The notes under the pieces were generated by a model. It was given only the letters and a program-made list of their open reading frames with translations. It did no database searches and was not told the DNA's origin. From NCBI GenBank assembly GCA_000004985.1, contig GG738903.1: 64,000 nucleotides of DNA. One strand, 5' to 3'. This document shows positions 21,787-32,400 of the stretch, one piece after another. This DNA is from Naegleria gruberi (lineage: Eukaryota). Position numbers and translations under genes: made by a program. Every line of letters begins with the position of its first letter. The stretch's first letter is position 1.

Positions 21787-22418
21787 TTAGTTTTTCATCG
21801 AGTTGGTTATTGGATTTCCCTTCAGATAAAGAACATTCAATTTAGGGAGCTGTGACAATATATCAAGAATTTTTGGATCCTCAATATAATTATTGGAAAG
21901 ATCAATCAACGTTAAATGTTTACAATGTATCAAACTCTTCAAATTTTGAGCATTTTCCAACTTGTTTTTTTGTAACTCTAAACTCTCCAACAATGGACAC
22001 ATTTCAATGCCATCCAAATTTTCCAATCTATTTCTCGCCATATTCAATACTTGCAATTTTTCCAAACTTGCCAAATTCTCAATCCTACTAATCCAATTAT
22101 CATGCAAATAGAGACAAGTTAACTTGCTAAAATGATCCAAATTTTCAATCTTACTAATAACATTTCCATTCAACCACAGGGAAAGCAGAAGAAAATTTCC
22201 AAATTTTCAATAACCTTAAATCCCATCTCGTGCAAATATAAAACCTCATTGAGAGAGGGCTCTCCGTAGAGTCCCCTCCGAGAGCAAACCGAGGCGATTG
22301 TCTCATCGACTGATGTTGATAATATTGTTGTTGTTGATTTTGAAACATTTTTTACAGTTTGGTTCAAAAAATTGGCGCCAAATTTTTCTTTTTTCATCTC
22401 TTCAATTTCCAAGTTCAT
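21787..22418 (-). CDS. SDS22-like leucine-rich-repeat protein, interrupted reading frame
   Basis: Two ORFs carry IENL-type LRRs (LYLHEMGFKVIENLE; LWLNGNVISKIENLDHFSKLTCLYLHDNWISRIENL...). They overlap near 22170 with a 1-nt frame offset. No canonical GT..AG intron can join them; only a weak GTTATT...AG 66-nt option exists. ATG at 22418. Confidence 0.45.
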
Positions 22419-22446
22419 ATTTTATGTTTTGTAAAGTTTATGAACA

Positions 22447-23562
22447 ATGAGGAGTTTCGAATGGGGAATTAGTAAATTTTATAAAAAAATGTCTGTTCCT
22501 CCTCCACCTGGTGGCATTCCATCAATGCCACTCGTCAAACCTGTTGAGAAAACAACCTCACAACCAAAGAGTAGTTTACAAAAATCTTCACTATCTCTTT
22601 CCGAAGCCAAAACTCATCCTCTCGATATTCCAATTGATTGGTCCAATATTCAAAATGTATTCCTCTCCTCCAATCAAACTTCAGGAATTTTATTTGTTGA
22701 AACTCAAGAGAAAGATCATGTGGTTGTGGTGAAGGCAACCTCAACCATAGCTCAGGAAATTTATGGAGGAAAGATTGCTGAATTTTTGGGATTGAAAACA
22801 CCACAAGTAAAGCTAATGGAATACAGAGCTGATTTTAAGAATCCCATTAAAAAGTATTGGGCCGATTGTAAAAAGTATTTGAAAGAATTTACTGTGAAAT
22901 ATGGAATGAGTGTTGAACAGAGAAAGATTGAGAAGGAGTTGTTTAGAGCTTTCTTCTTGTTGATGGAGTTCATTGAGGGAGCAACAAGTTTGGATGATAT
23001 AATGAGTGACGAAAGTATTGGAAAGTCACTTTTGGAAAATGAGCAAGTTTGTGAGGATTTTGGTGGAATGATAGTGTTGGACATTATTCTGAATAATTGT
23101 GATAGATTACCACTTGATTTGATATGGAATCATGAAGGTAATTCGTCCAATATTCTATTTTCTCCCAAGCTGCAAAGATTAGTTCTAATTGACCAAGCAT
23201 TTATGGCAATAATTAATGAGGGTCAGAAACAGACCTACTTTAAAAAGATAGAGTCTTTCTCAAAATGTTGTTCAGAAGAAACTCTTTCCAATAATCCATA
23301 TTTAGACCAAGTTGTTGACTATATTTACAATTGCACTGGATACAAGATGAGCGATCAAGCAAAGGAAAATATTCACAAAGGAATTTTGAAATCCATCGAG
23401 AAATTAAAATCAATCAATAAGGAAACATTACAAGGATTCAAAACAGAAGTGGAAATGATGAAAACAGGATCAGATTGGGAATCAACGTATTTCAATTCTG
23501 TATTAACTATTGATATTGATTTTCTCTATGAAGCCATTCAAAAGATGACCAATATTCAATAA
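22447..23562 (+). CDS. atypical kinase-like protein (PI3/PI4-kinase or actin-fragmin-kinase-like fold), 371 aa
   Basis: HVVVVKATSTIAQEIYGGKIAEFLGLKTP resembles the VAIK-type lysine region. LLMEFIEGATSL is a hinge-like segment. IVLDIILNNCDRLPLDLIWNHEGNSSNILF resembles the PI4K-II / AFK catalytic loop (DRxxxN). LVLIDQAF sits in the DFG position. Confidence 0.4.
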   Translation: MRSFEWGISKFYKKMSVPPPPGGIPSMPLVKPVEKTTSQPKSSLQKSSLSLSEAKTHPLDIPIDWSNIQNVFLSSNQTSGILFVETQEKDHVVVVKATSTIAQEIYGGKIAEFLGLKTPQVKLMEYRADFKNPIKKYWADCKKYLKEFTVKYGMSVEQRKIEKELFRAFFLLMEFIEGATSLDDIMSDESIGKSLLENEQVCEDFGGMIVLDIILNNCDRLPLDLIWNHEGNSSNILFSPKLQRLVLIDQAFMAIINEGQKQTYFKKIESFSKCCSEETLSNNPYLDQVVDYIYNCTGYKMSDQAKENIHKGILKSIEKLKSINKETLQGFKTEVEMMKTGSDWESTYFNSVLTIDIDFLYEAIQKMTNIQ

Positions 23563-23678
23563 TAAAGAGTCAAATCACCAATAAAATCAGCCCACCACAC
23601 GAAAATTAACTTTGTTTCGGATTTGATTCGTTCTAACAGTATTTCACCTTCCAATTTGAGAAAACAATTTCAAAAAAA

Positions 23679-25203
23679 ATGTCCAAACATGCAATGCTCA
23701 CAAATTATGGACACAAGCTGTGCAGTTTATTCACCAAAGGATCCCAATTGCAATTCCTTTTGATCAAACGACCACAATTCAGCGACGACAATCGTGGTTT
23801 TGCAATTCAACAAAATGACGACCTGAAAGGACACCGAAAGATTACCATAGAATCAAATTTTCCAGTCGGTGGACGAATGAATAAATCATTGGAGGAGAAT
23901 TATCATGTATTGGGTGGTGCTGATAGTGGTGGTGATGGTCAAGGATTGAAATTCCTTACTCAATCATTGGATGCTTTTGAAAAATGTTATCAAGTGGTCA
24001 ATCGGATGAGTTTGGAAAAGAATGATGAAAGAGTTGAGGTACAAAAAGTGAGCTATCTTTTGGGAAGATCACAAGTTGGGTTGTACATGATAAGGGACTT
24101 GATGAGGGATGGATTGACGACTGAAGAGTTTGAGTCTTCACATGAGTTATATTTGGATAATCTACCAAAAATTGGAATATCTATTGATGGTAAAGATGTT
24201 TCAAAGCTTGATTCGCCATCGATGAGACATGCACTATGGTTATGGCATTTGGAAAGGTTGATTTCCTTTGGTGACAATTTCACAAGGGAGAAACTAATTG
24301 CATTGTTCTATCTCATTATTCACACAATGTGGAATAGAGAACCAACTTACTCTCTTCATTACATGAGGTTATTTACTAATGAATATTCAAAGACGAAGAA
24401 GTTGTACACTAGCATATTGGGAGATTCATTGACGAACACGTGGTCTCAAGTTTTGGGCAGAATTTTCACAGAAAATGAATTTGATAATTTCAATGATTTG
24501 GATAGTGAGCTTCCTGTAAACCTTAAAAGTATGTATCATATATTCTCTGCGTTTATTTCATTTGCAGACAGTGAAAGCATTCCTGTCGACACTTATTTAA
24601 GAGCTTTGGATAAAGAGCAAGTGAATAATCCACTCAACACATACATTCCATTTATGAAAGTAATGATGGAAGATCAATTTGAAGACATTGAAACTGTATT
24701 GAAAATAATGGAGAAATCACCAATAACTAATCATCAAGCTAATGAAAAGAGATATGGAAAGTGGTGGACTATTTTTGAGTGAAAAGCATGAAAATATTGA
24801 GAGAATTAAGGATTTTAAATTCTATCCAGTTCTTTATTGGAAAGCTTGTGCTGTCAGTGAGCCATCATCTGATCGAGATTTGTCAGATATGAGAAATTTT
24901 GTAAAGCAACTTGAATTCTTCTCTGGAATGCCATCTCATTGTAAATTGTTAAATCTCAAAATAATGGATGAATATAATCATGGAAATTATGAACGAGTTT
25001 TGGAAATATTCAACTTCTCTGAAAAGCATTTCCATTCCCAAATCAAAATGGATGATGATTACTGTTCCACTTTTTATGGATGCCAAGCTTTACATAAATT
25101 AGGAAGAAAAGAAGAAGCACTTTCAATAATTCAAAAGAAAGTAACAAGATACGGTTCAATAGAAACATCATTTCATGAGTTGTTTTCAATTGTTAATAAA
25201 TAA
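23679..25203 (+). CDS. hypothetical protein; two overlapping ORFs (23679–24782 and 24742–25203) probably one gene
   Basis: The adjacent ORFs sit in frames 0 and +1 and overlap by 41 nt. The second starts with a true ATG. Either an unresolved short intron, a frameshift, or two overlapping genes. No recognised domain. Confidence 0.3.
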
Positions 25204-25393
25204 ACGAGAAAATAACCTATGATGTTGTCATTTCTCAAACATGTCAGTATGTTGGCCACATCCAAAATATCACGGGATGGATTTCAAATCACGAAAAGAG
25301 GAAATGTGGTAAATTTTAGAAATTACAAGTAAACTAATTTTTGTAACCTCTCAAAGATTAGTTTCGTTTCTGATATTAACACAACTAAAAAAA

Positions 25394-26738
25394 ATGTTCG
25401 ACAAGCCAACCCACACAATTTCACTGATCGGGCAAACAGGCAGTGGTAAATCAACACTTTTAGGTCAACTATTGTATCAGATGGGATATATTTTAGATGA
25501 ACAATTAGAAGAAATTTCAAAAACTGCCGATAAATTAGGAAAACCAAATTGTAAATATTCCTTCCTGGTCAACTCAACCAGAAAGGAGAGGGAATGTGCA
25601 TCAACAAGTCAATTATCATTTAGACAAGTGGAAACTAAAAATTATTTCTGTAATTTAATTGACACACCAGGTAGGAATTATTTGAATTTATTGAAACAAT
25701 CAAATTTTTGGAATATTGAAAGGAAGTGAAATTTATATGAAAAAAACAATTCGTGCCTTGGCAATTTCGAATACACTAATTGCAGTAATTGATCCGAGAG
25801 AAGTCGAATTCAAAAGGAGCATCAATCGGCTTGATGGAATATTGACACAGTACATGCTTTCTCCCATAGTTACCAGTTCACAAATTATTTGTTGTGTCAA
25901 TTTAATGGATCATCTAGAAATTAATTATTCAGAGCAAGTCTTTGTGAAAACAGTTAGTGAACTTTCAAAAATCTTGAAAAGAACAGGATCGTCTTCAGTA
26001 GATATCATTCCAATTTCTGCTTATTGTGGAGATAATATTGTGGAACTATCTGATAAAACACCATGGTATGAGGGTAAATGTCTGTTGGATGCTTTGAATT
26101 CATTGAAACCAACAGTAAATAATTTGGAACTAAGTTTAAGAATTCCAATTTTGGATGTTAAAAAAATAAGTGGAGTTGGAACAGTTGTTTATGGAAAAGT
26201 TGTAGCAGGGATACTAAAAATGGAATCAAAAATAGTATTGGCTAATTCTAATATTGAAAATGCAAGAATTGCATCTATTGAATCATTTGGAAAGCGATTG
26301 GAAGAAGCAAAATCTGGTCAACTGGTGGCTATCAACTTGCGTAATGTCTTACACAGCTCAATCAAATCAGGAGATGTAATATTAGAGGAAGGAAAATCTA
26401 CTGGTATGGTAACTCGCTTCTTTGAAGCAAATATTTTAAACATTGACCATCCAAAAGGCATTCATCCAAATTACCAACCTACAATTCAATTACAGGCTAC
26501 TCAAGCTAAATGTAAATTGGTTACTATTAAGGAAAGCTCTTGTCATAGGATTTTGAAGGAATATTTTCCCCCCTTTATTAAGAGAAACTATTTAGGAGTG
26601 GTTGAGTGTGAATTAGACAAAGCTTGTTATTTGGATACGGATGCATTTTGTAGATTTTTTATTAGAGATTTTAGGAAGGTGATAGGATTTGGCGCGATTA
26701 CTCGTGTTGGAGTTGAACAAGTTGAAAGTAATAAATAA
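25394..26738 (+). CDS. EF1A-family paralog with degenerate GTPase motifs (about 430 aa), two exons
   Basis: Model join(25394..25670, 25723..26738). N-terminus MFDKPTHTISLIGQTGSGKST aligns to EF1A [22 protein letters not shown]. G3 is DTPGG (EF1A DAPGH) and G4 is NLMD (EF1A NKMD). The intron GTAGGA...AAAG is 52 nt. Domain II (ISGVGTVVYGKVVAGILK) and domain III (FFEANILNIDHPKGIHPNYQP...; FCRFFIRDFRKVIGFGAI) are present. Confidence 0.7.
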
Positions 26739-27043
26739 TGTTTCTAATATTATTATCAAGAACTTTGCATTTACATTTGGTTTTGCTGCCCAAGTCAGAG
26801 CTTTCGGATTGAACAAGGATTTTATTGATACTCAAATCATATATGTGGATTTTGAAGCTGGAATGATGAGAATTGATGCTGAGATTTCCTTTGCTCCAAT
26901 TACAGACATTCCAGTCTCTGTCATTACCAAGTCCTCTGGTCACGGAACTGACTATGTCATTGAGGAATTCTTTAACTGGAACCATGGTTCAAAAGCCATC
27001 CCCATCAACAGATATGCCATTAAAAAGCAATAAACTGTTACAA

Positions 27044-28316
27044 TCAATACATTTGGCAAATCATGTCCACATCATTAAAATTCAATTTTTCATTGAATTT
27101 ATAAATAAAATGTTTTGGAATGATATCAATATCCGAATAGAATAGAATTTCGTCATGCCACACTACATATTTTAATGAGGGAGCACAGCTTTCCATTCCA
27201 TTTATGCTTTGAATCTTGACCACCTTTCGATTATTATTCGAAAACACGGCGTATTCCACTATTTTCCATAATCGAACAAAAAATTCTCTAAAATAACTTA
27301 CTGGTAGAAAGAATGTAAACATCATTATAAATAATATAAGCATCAAAGATTGATTGAGGTGAAAAATCAATCTCCACAATCTTTCTCCAAACATCTATAG
27401 TTCCCATAAATGATCCAGCAATGAATATTTCGTGAGCAATAGTCATGGCCAATGAAATATTTTGGCCAGCAGAGAGTCCAATAATTTCATTATCTGAAGG
27501 TAAATCGAGAGGTTTCGGATTAGTGATGCAAAAGTGTTTTTCATAGCCAAGTTGTTTGTGATCGTTATTTCCCCAAACAAGTCCGTTACCATCCTCAAAT
27601 ACAGCAAGGCAATTAGCAAAACCAGAGGCAATAATCTTGACCCTTCTTCCTTTGATTTTACTATTCGAAATCTTTGTCATATCATGTGCTCTATCACCAC
27701 TACAAGCCAATTGACCAAATCCTGAATTTCCACAAAAATACAGCTCTCTATTCATATCTAAAAAGTAACTGTGGCCATAACCTGTCTTTACATCCACCAA
27801 TTCATCATTTCTCTGTACCAATTCAAACCTCAAATCGGCCATCGATGGCGATCCAATTGTCGTTCCAGCTTGATTCCATGTATTGTAAGTAGTGGCTCCA
27901 TATAAATTTCCCAATCTAGTTTTTAATATCACATTAATTGGCGAAATCTCAAAATCCACAACAAATTCATGTTCCAAATCAACAGGTTTCCACTTTTGCT
28001 CAACATGCACATAAATCCTTCCCTTCCTCGTTAAAACAATCATTGAATCGGAAGTCATTTTCCCCATCATGTAAATATCATCAGTTATTCCCTCCTCATA
28101 ATATTCCGATTTTGATAAGAAGACTTGTGTTGGTTTAGTATCATCTCTCATCAAATAATTATTAAAATCTAATTGTGATCGTTGAATGGGAGATCGTTGA
28201 TCCAGATGATGATGATGATTAGCATGAACAATATTTTGCTTTTTCATTGGTTTCTTCTTGTTGGCTTTTAGTTTTTTTGTTGTTGGAGCCGTAAACAATG
28301 AGGTGATAAAGTTCAT
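27044..28316 (-). CDS. RCC1-repeat (regulator of chromosome condensation-like) beta-propeller protein
   Basis: ATG at 28316. RCC1 signatures are LYFCGNSGFGQLACSGD, LVWGNNDHKQLGYEK and IAGSF. The main exon is 27302–28316. A probable 3' exon spans 27044–27258, reached via donor A|GTAAGT, a 43-nt intron and acceptor AAATAG. It bypasses the TAG at 27288 and adds about 70 aa in frame, for 1230 nt total. Confidence 0.6.
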
Positions 28317-28629
28317 CTCGGTTGTCTATCTATTTTTTTTGTTGTTGTAATTTTAGAATGAAGTTTACAAAAATGTTGTGCTGTTGGCAATTAATTCAGT
28401 ATGGAATGAGGAATAATAGTTGTAAAGTAACAAAATAATTAGTCCCAAATAGATGGTAAATAGAATGAATTGTTACGTCCCAATCGCATAGAAAATTTAA
28501 TGTTCGATTTATTTGAGCTATTAAATAATCCGCCAAGCGCAAGCACAAATCCAAATGGAGACATTTCAGAAATACTATTTAATTTCTAATGTTTCACAAC
28601 TATTCGAAACAAACAACAATCAAAACAAA

Positions 28630-29178
28630 ATGTCTAAAACTCTTGTATTCTTCTTCCACGAAAGATTTGAAAGCTCTCAAGCCAATCGTTCCATGATAAA
28701 GGCCTTGTCAACTCTTGACAATATTGAAATTGTAAACATGCATCAAATATTTACTGAAAATGGTAACAAGTTTGATTCCAATTCAGATATTCAAAGACTT
28801 TTGAATGCAGACAGAATTATCTTTCAATTTCCAATCCAATGGTACTCAATGCCAGCTTTTATGAAACAATGGATTGATGAAACCTTTACTAGAATGTACT
28901 ATATTCGATATGGAGAGGAAGGATTGAAAATGGAGGGAAAGAAATTTATGATATCTGTTACTGCTGGTAATTTTGAGGAGGCATACACTCCACAAGGTCA
29001 GAATTTGATTCCACTCGATGACTTGTTGAATCCATTGAAAGCTCTCGCTCACAGATGTAAATTACAATGGAGTGAACCATTCATTTCCTATCGTGCCAAT
29101 AAGAAATCAGTTGAAGAATTGGAAGAAACTGCCGAACAATATCGTCAATTTGTTTCCAAATGGATGGAAAAGTATTAA
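28630..29178 (+). CDS. flavodoxin-like fold NAD(P)H:quinone oxidoreductase family protein (KefG/KefF/MdaB-like)
   Basis: MSKTLVFFFHERFESSQANRSMIKAL...ADRIIFQFPIQWYSMPAFMKQWIDETF...GKKFMISVTAGN...CKLQWSEPF matches the bacterial KefG/'general stress protein 14' pattern (FxHP, Q-F-P-x-x-W-x-x-x-P-A-x-L-K-x-W-x-D). ATG at 28630. Confidence 0.6.
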   Translation: MSKTLVFFFHERFESSQANRSMIKALSTLDNIEIVNMHQIFTENGNKFDSNSDIQRLLNADRIIFQFPIQWYSMPAFMKQWIDETFTRMYYIRYGEEGLKMEGKKFMISVTAGNFEEAYTPQGQNLIPLDDLLNPLKALAHRCKLQWSEPFISYRANKKSVEELEETAEQYRQFVSKWMEKY

Positions 29179-29312
29179 CTCATCTGTAAATAATCAAAGA
29201 AATGGATCAATTTCTATTATAATAAATACTTTATATTAAATGCAATATATTTCGCCAGCTAAGGTTCGCAAGGGTTGAGTACCTTGATAAACGTTAATTT
29301 AAGAAAGTTGAT

Positions 29313-29431
29313 GGCTACGGCCATATCACGATGAATGCACCTCATCCCGTCCGATTTGAGAAGTTAAGCATCGTCGAGCCACATCAGTACTGAGGTTGGA
29401 GACAACTTGGGAACCTGTGGTGCTGTAGTCT
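29313..29431 (+). rRNA. 5S ribosomal RNA gene
   Basis: GGCTACGGCCATATCACGATGAATGCACCTCATCCCGTCCGATTTGAGAAGTTAAGCATCGTCGAGCC...GGTGCTGTAGTCT carries the conserved 5S helices and loops (CCCGTCCGAT..GAAGTTAAGC; 3' GGTGCTG). It is about 119 nt and is followed by a TTTTT Pol III terminator. Confidence 0.85.
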
Positions 29432-29477
29432 TTTTGAAACTAACCTTATTGCAAACTTATTTTTCGGCCTTACTGAA

Positions 29478-32400
29478 CTAAGGTTTTCGTTTTTTGGAAC
29501 ACTCATGAGTTGTGAAAATTTGTTTCCTCAAACATTTTTCAATTTCTATGGGCAACTTATCCAAGCTTGACATTGCGTCTGCATGCAACCCCGGCCCAAT
29601 AAACGGTTCCAAGAATCTATAGATTGTTTGTTGATTCTCTTTGAATATTGTTGCATAACTGAGAATTGAAATTTTGAATAGATTATTGTCTGTCATGTGT
29701 TGAACTACTTCACGCAAGCTTTCTATCCTAAATCTAATCTTAAAACACGGTGAAAACCCACATCTTGCAACATGTCCTTGCACATCCATATAAATTTCAT
29801 CATTTTTCCTGATTCTGAAAATGCGTCTAATGAAATAGTCATAAATCATGCCAGTGACTGCATTGTCCTTGAATGTTTGAGATTTTGCTTCCAAGTCTTG
29901 AATTGAAAAATTGTCAGGCATTCTATGCACTGATTTTGGAATGAGTATGAAACCAGTGTAATTACTAATTGGGCAATATTCAATGATACTAGAGTTATAG
30001 TCAATTTTTGGTACTAATGCTCCATTGTTTTCATTGTTTTGATTATTGAGGAAGGAATTCTTGAAAATTTTCATAAAATTATTCAATACAAAAGCATGGT
30101 GAGAATATCTTTGAAAGCTCAGTATCACATTTTCTCCATTAGCAAGTTCCAATTCAATAGTTGAATAATCTTCAGATTTAGTTATTAAATAAATACCAGG
30201 TTTGACTTCTTTCATTGTAAACGGTATCAAGAATGGAAAATCAATTTGTATTGATTGCACCGTATCAAGATAATCCAAAAATGAGCTCTGATATCTTATT
30301 ATTTTGTAATATTCAGTGTCAATCATTTTCAAATATTTCATTAGGATTAGTTTGCAGACTGCATAGGAAGATTCCACTTTCAGAAGCCAAAATAATTGAT
30401 TTCCAAATAATTTTGATTTCAGACATCTATTCTTGAGAAGGTATTCAGCTAAAACTCCATATTCATTCTCGTATTTGATACAATGAACAAGAAATGGTAA
30501 AATATCAGAAAATAAATCATCTGATGTTTCTTCTAGGCATTTGATTAATACCAGTTTCGAAAATATTCCAATATTCTCGGAGAAGAGTGATATCATCTCA
30601 ATAATATTTGGTTTCTTCCATTTTCCTAATGTTTGGTTAGCTTCATAAATGATCATTGGGGTTTCGAATGAAATTCCATAAAGAAATGGAACAAAATGCG
30701 AAGGCTCATTCATATCCCACTTATTTCCTTCCAAATAAGTTTCTAAATTTGAATCACTCACATTGTTTTGAATCAAAGATAATGGATGGTTTGGTATTCT
30801 ATCAAAATCATATTCAATAATTGAATCATAAGTTGGAAACTCAATGTCTAGAGAAATTTGTGAGTTTTTTGCACCTTTTGCAAAAAGCCTGACATTCCCT
30901 TGAAGTAATTTCATATTTGAATCAAAAACTGGACATTCAAAGTGATCTTTAAAAACAACTTTTCTTGGTAATCCAGTTTCAGAACACTCTGTTTCCATAA
31001 CAAGTGAAAAATCGATGCAATAATCACATGATATTTCTGAAATTAGTGAATCAAATAAAACCTCTTCATTCCAATCTAAGCAACTCAAACTTTGAGGAAA
31101 GATATTTCTTGTTTTGTGAATTTCTTTCTTATTATTCCTTCCAACTATGGAATATTCAATTGTAAAGGAAAGAGGTTTTTGGTATTTAAATTCAAAATCC
31201 TTGAATGTGAGACCACAGAGTTGATTAATCCTCATTTTCATTCTCTCATTGATTTGGAAAGATGATACAGTATCATTTGTTTGATTGGTTTCTAATATTT
31301 TAATATCCGAAAGTGAATCAAGGAATGCAACATTACTTTCAAAATCCGCATTGGCAGTATTTACAGATTTTCCAATATCAATAAATCTAATTCTATCCCT
31401 TTTTAGCCCTATTCCACAAACAATCTCACTCTCATGATCTTTCAAACGGCTGTTATTCATGGATAGATAAATCAATGATGGCATATTCTCAATAATGGAA
31501 ATTGCTTTCGTACAAAGACGATTTTCAGAAATATTTAATCGTTTCAAATTCTTCCATTCATATTCCTCAAATATTGAATCAATACCACAGTCTGGAACGT
31601 CAAGACTGGTCAATTGTTCCAAATCACAAATATTCTTGATTAAATGAAAATCAATGAGACCAAATGTTGAAATTTTTAGTCTTTTCAGCTTGAGAGGTTT
31701 GAATTCTGTGATAGTTTCCAAGAAATCCTTCCAAATTGATTTACTTGAAATGGTAAGGCTGACTAAATTATTGAATTCGCATTTTGCAAATTCTGAAAAG
31801 TTTTCAATATTTCCTTGTTCAAGTATAAATTCTTCTAAATTATTAGAAATTCTATTAAGGTCTTTTAAATTTACACTCAATTTTCTCAAATTACTGTATT
31901 CCAAATGTGTCAATTTGGTCATAGAATATGACCAACAGTCAAATTTAGTTCTCATTTCCAAGGAATAAAGTTGTGGCTTAATGGATAGTCCAGCAACTTC
32001 TTCTACTTCGTTAACGGATGAATCTACTAACAAATTTACCAAATTAGGCAAACTCATTTTACTATTCATCAATTTATAATATTCTTGGTTATCAATTATT
32101 GATTCCATAATATCCAAAGATTTCAATTTGTAAAAATGTGAAATACTATTAAATTTAAATCCTTCCCTATCACGACCTTGAATATCTCTAATTGTTAAAT
32201 GCTCCAAATTATGCACAAGTCTTGGGGAATTTTTCATAATTTCAAGATCGCTATTCGAAAATGGTCCCCAAATATTCGAAATATTATAAAAATTAATTGA
32301 ATTGTTTTTAATTGCAATGAGGAAATGATTCACTGCTGGATCAACATAGGCTCCCTGGGAGAAACACATTTTCCTACTGGCCAAGATTTTAACTTGAATT

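Noticed and set aside
26740-27033. Possible small gene (ORF 26689–27033, first in-frame ATG near 26869) downstream of the EF1A-like gene
   Set aside because: There is no ATG for most of the ORF. It overlaps the EF1A-like gene's last codons and 3' UTR, and it abuts the probable terminal exon of the RCC1 gene on the other strand. The evidence is insufficient to call a gene.
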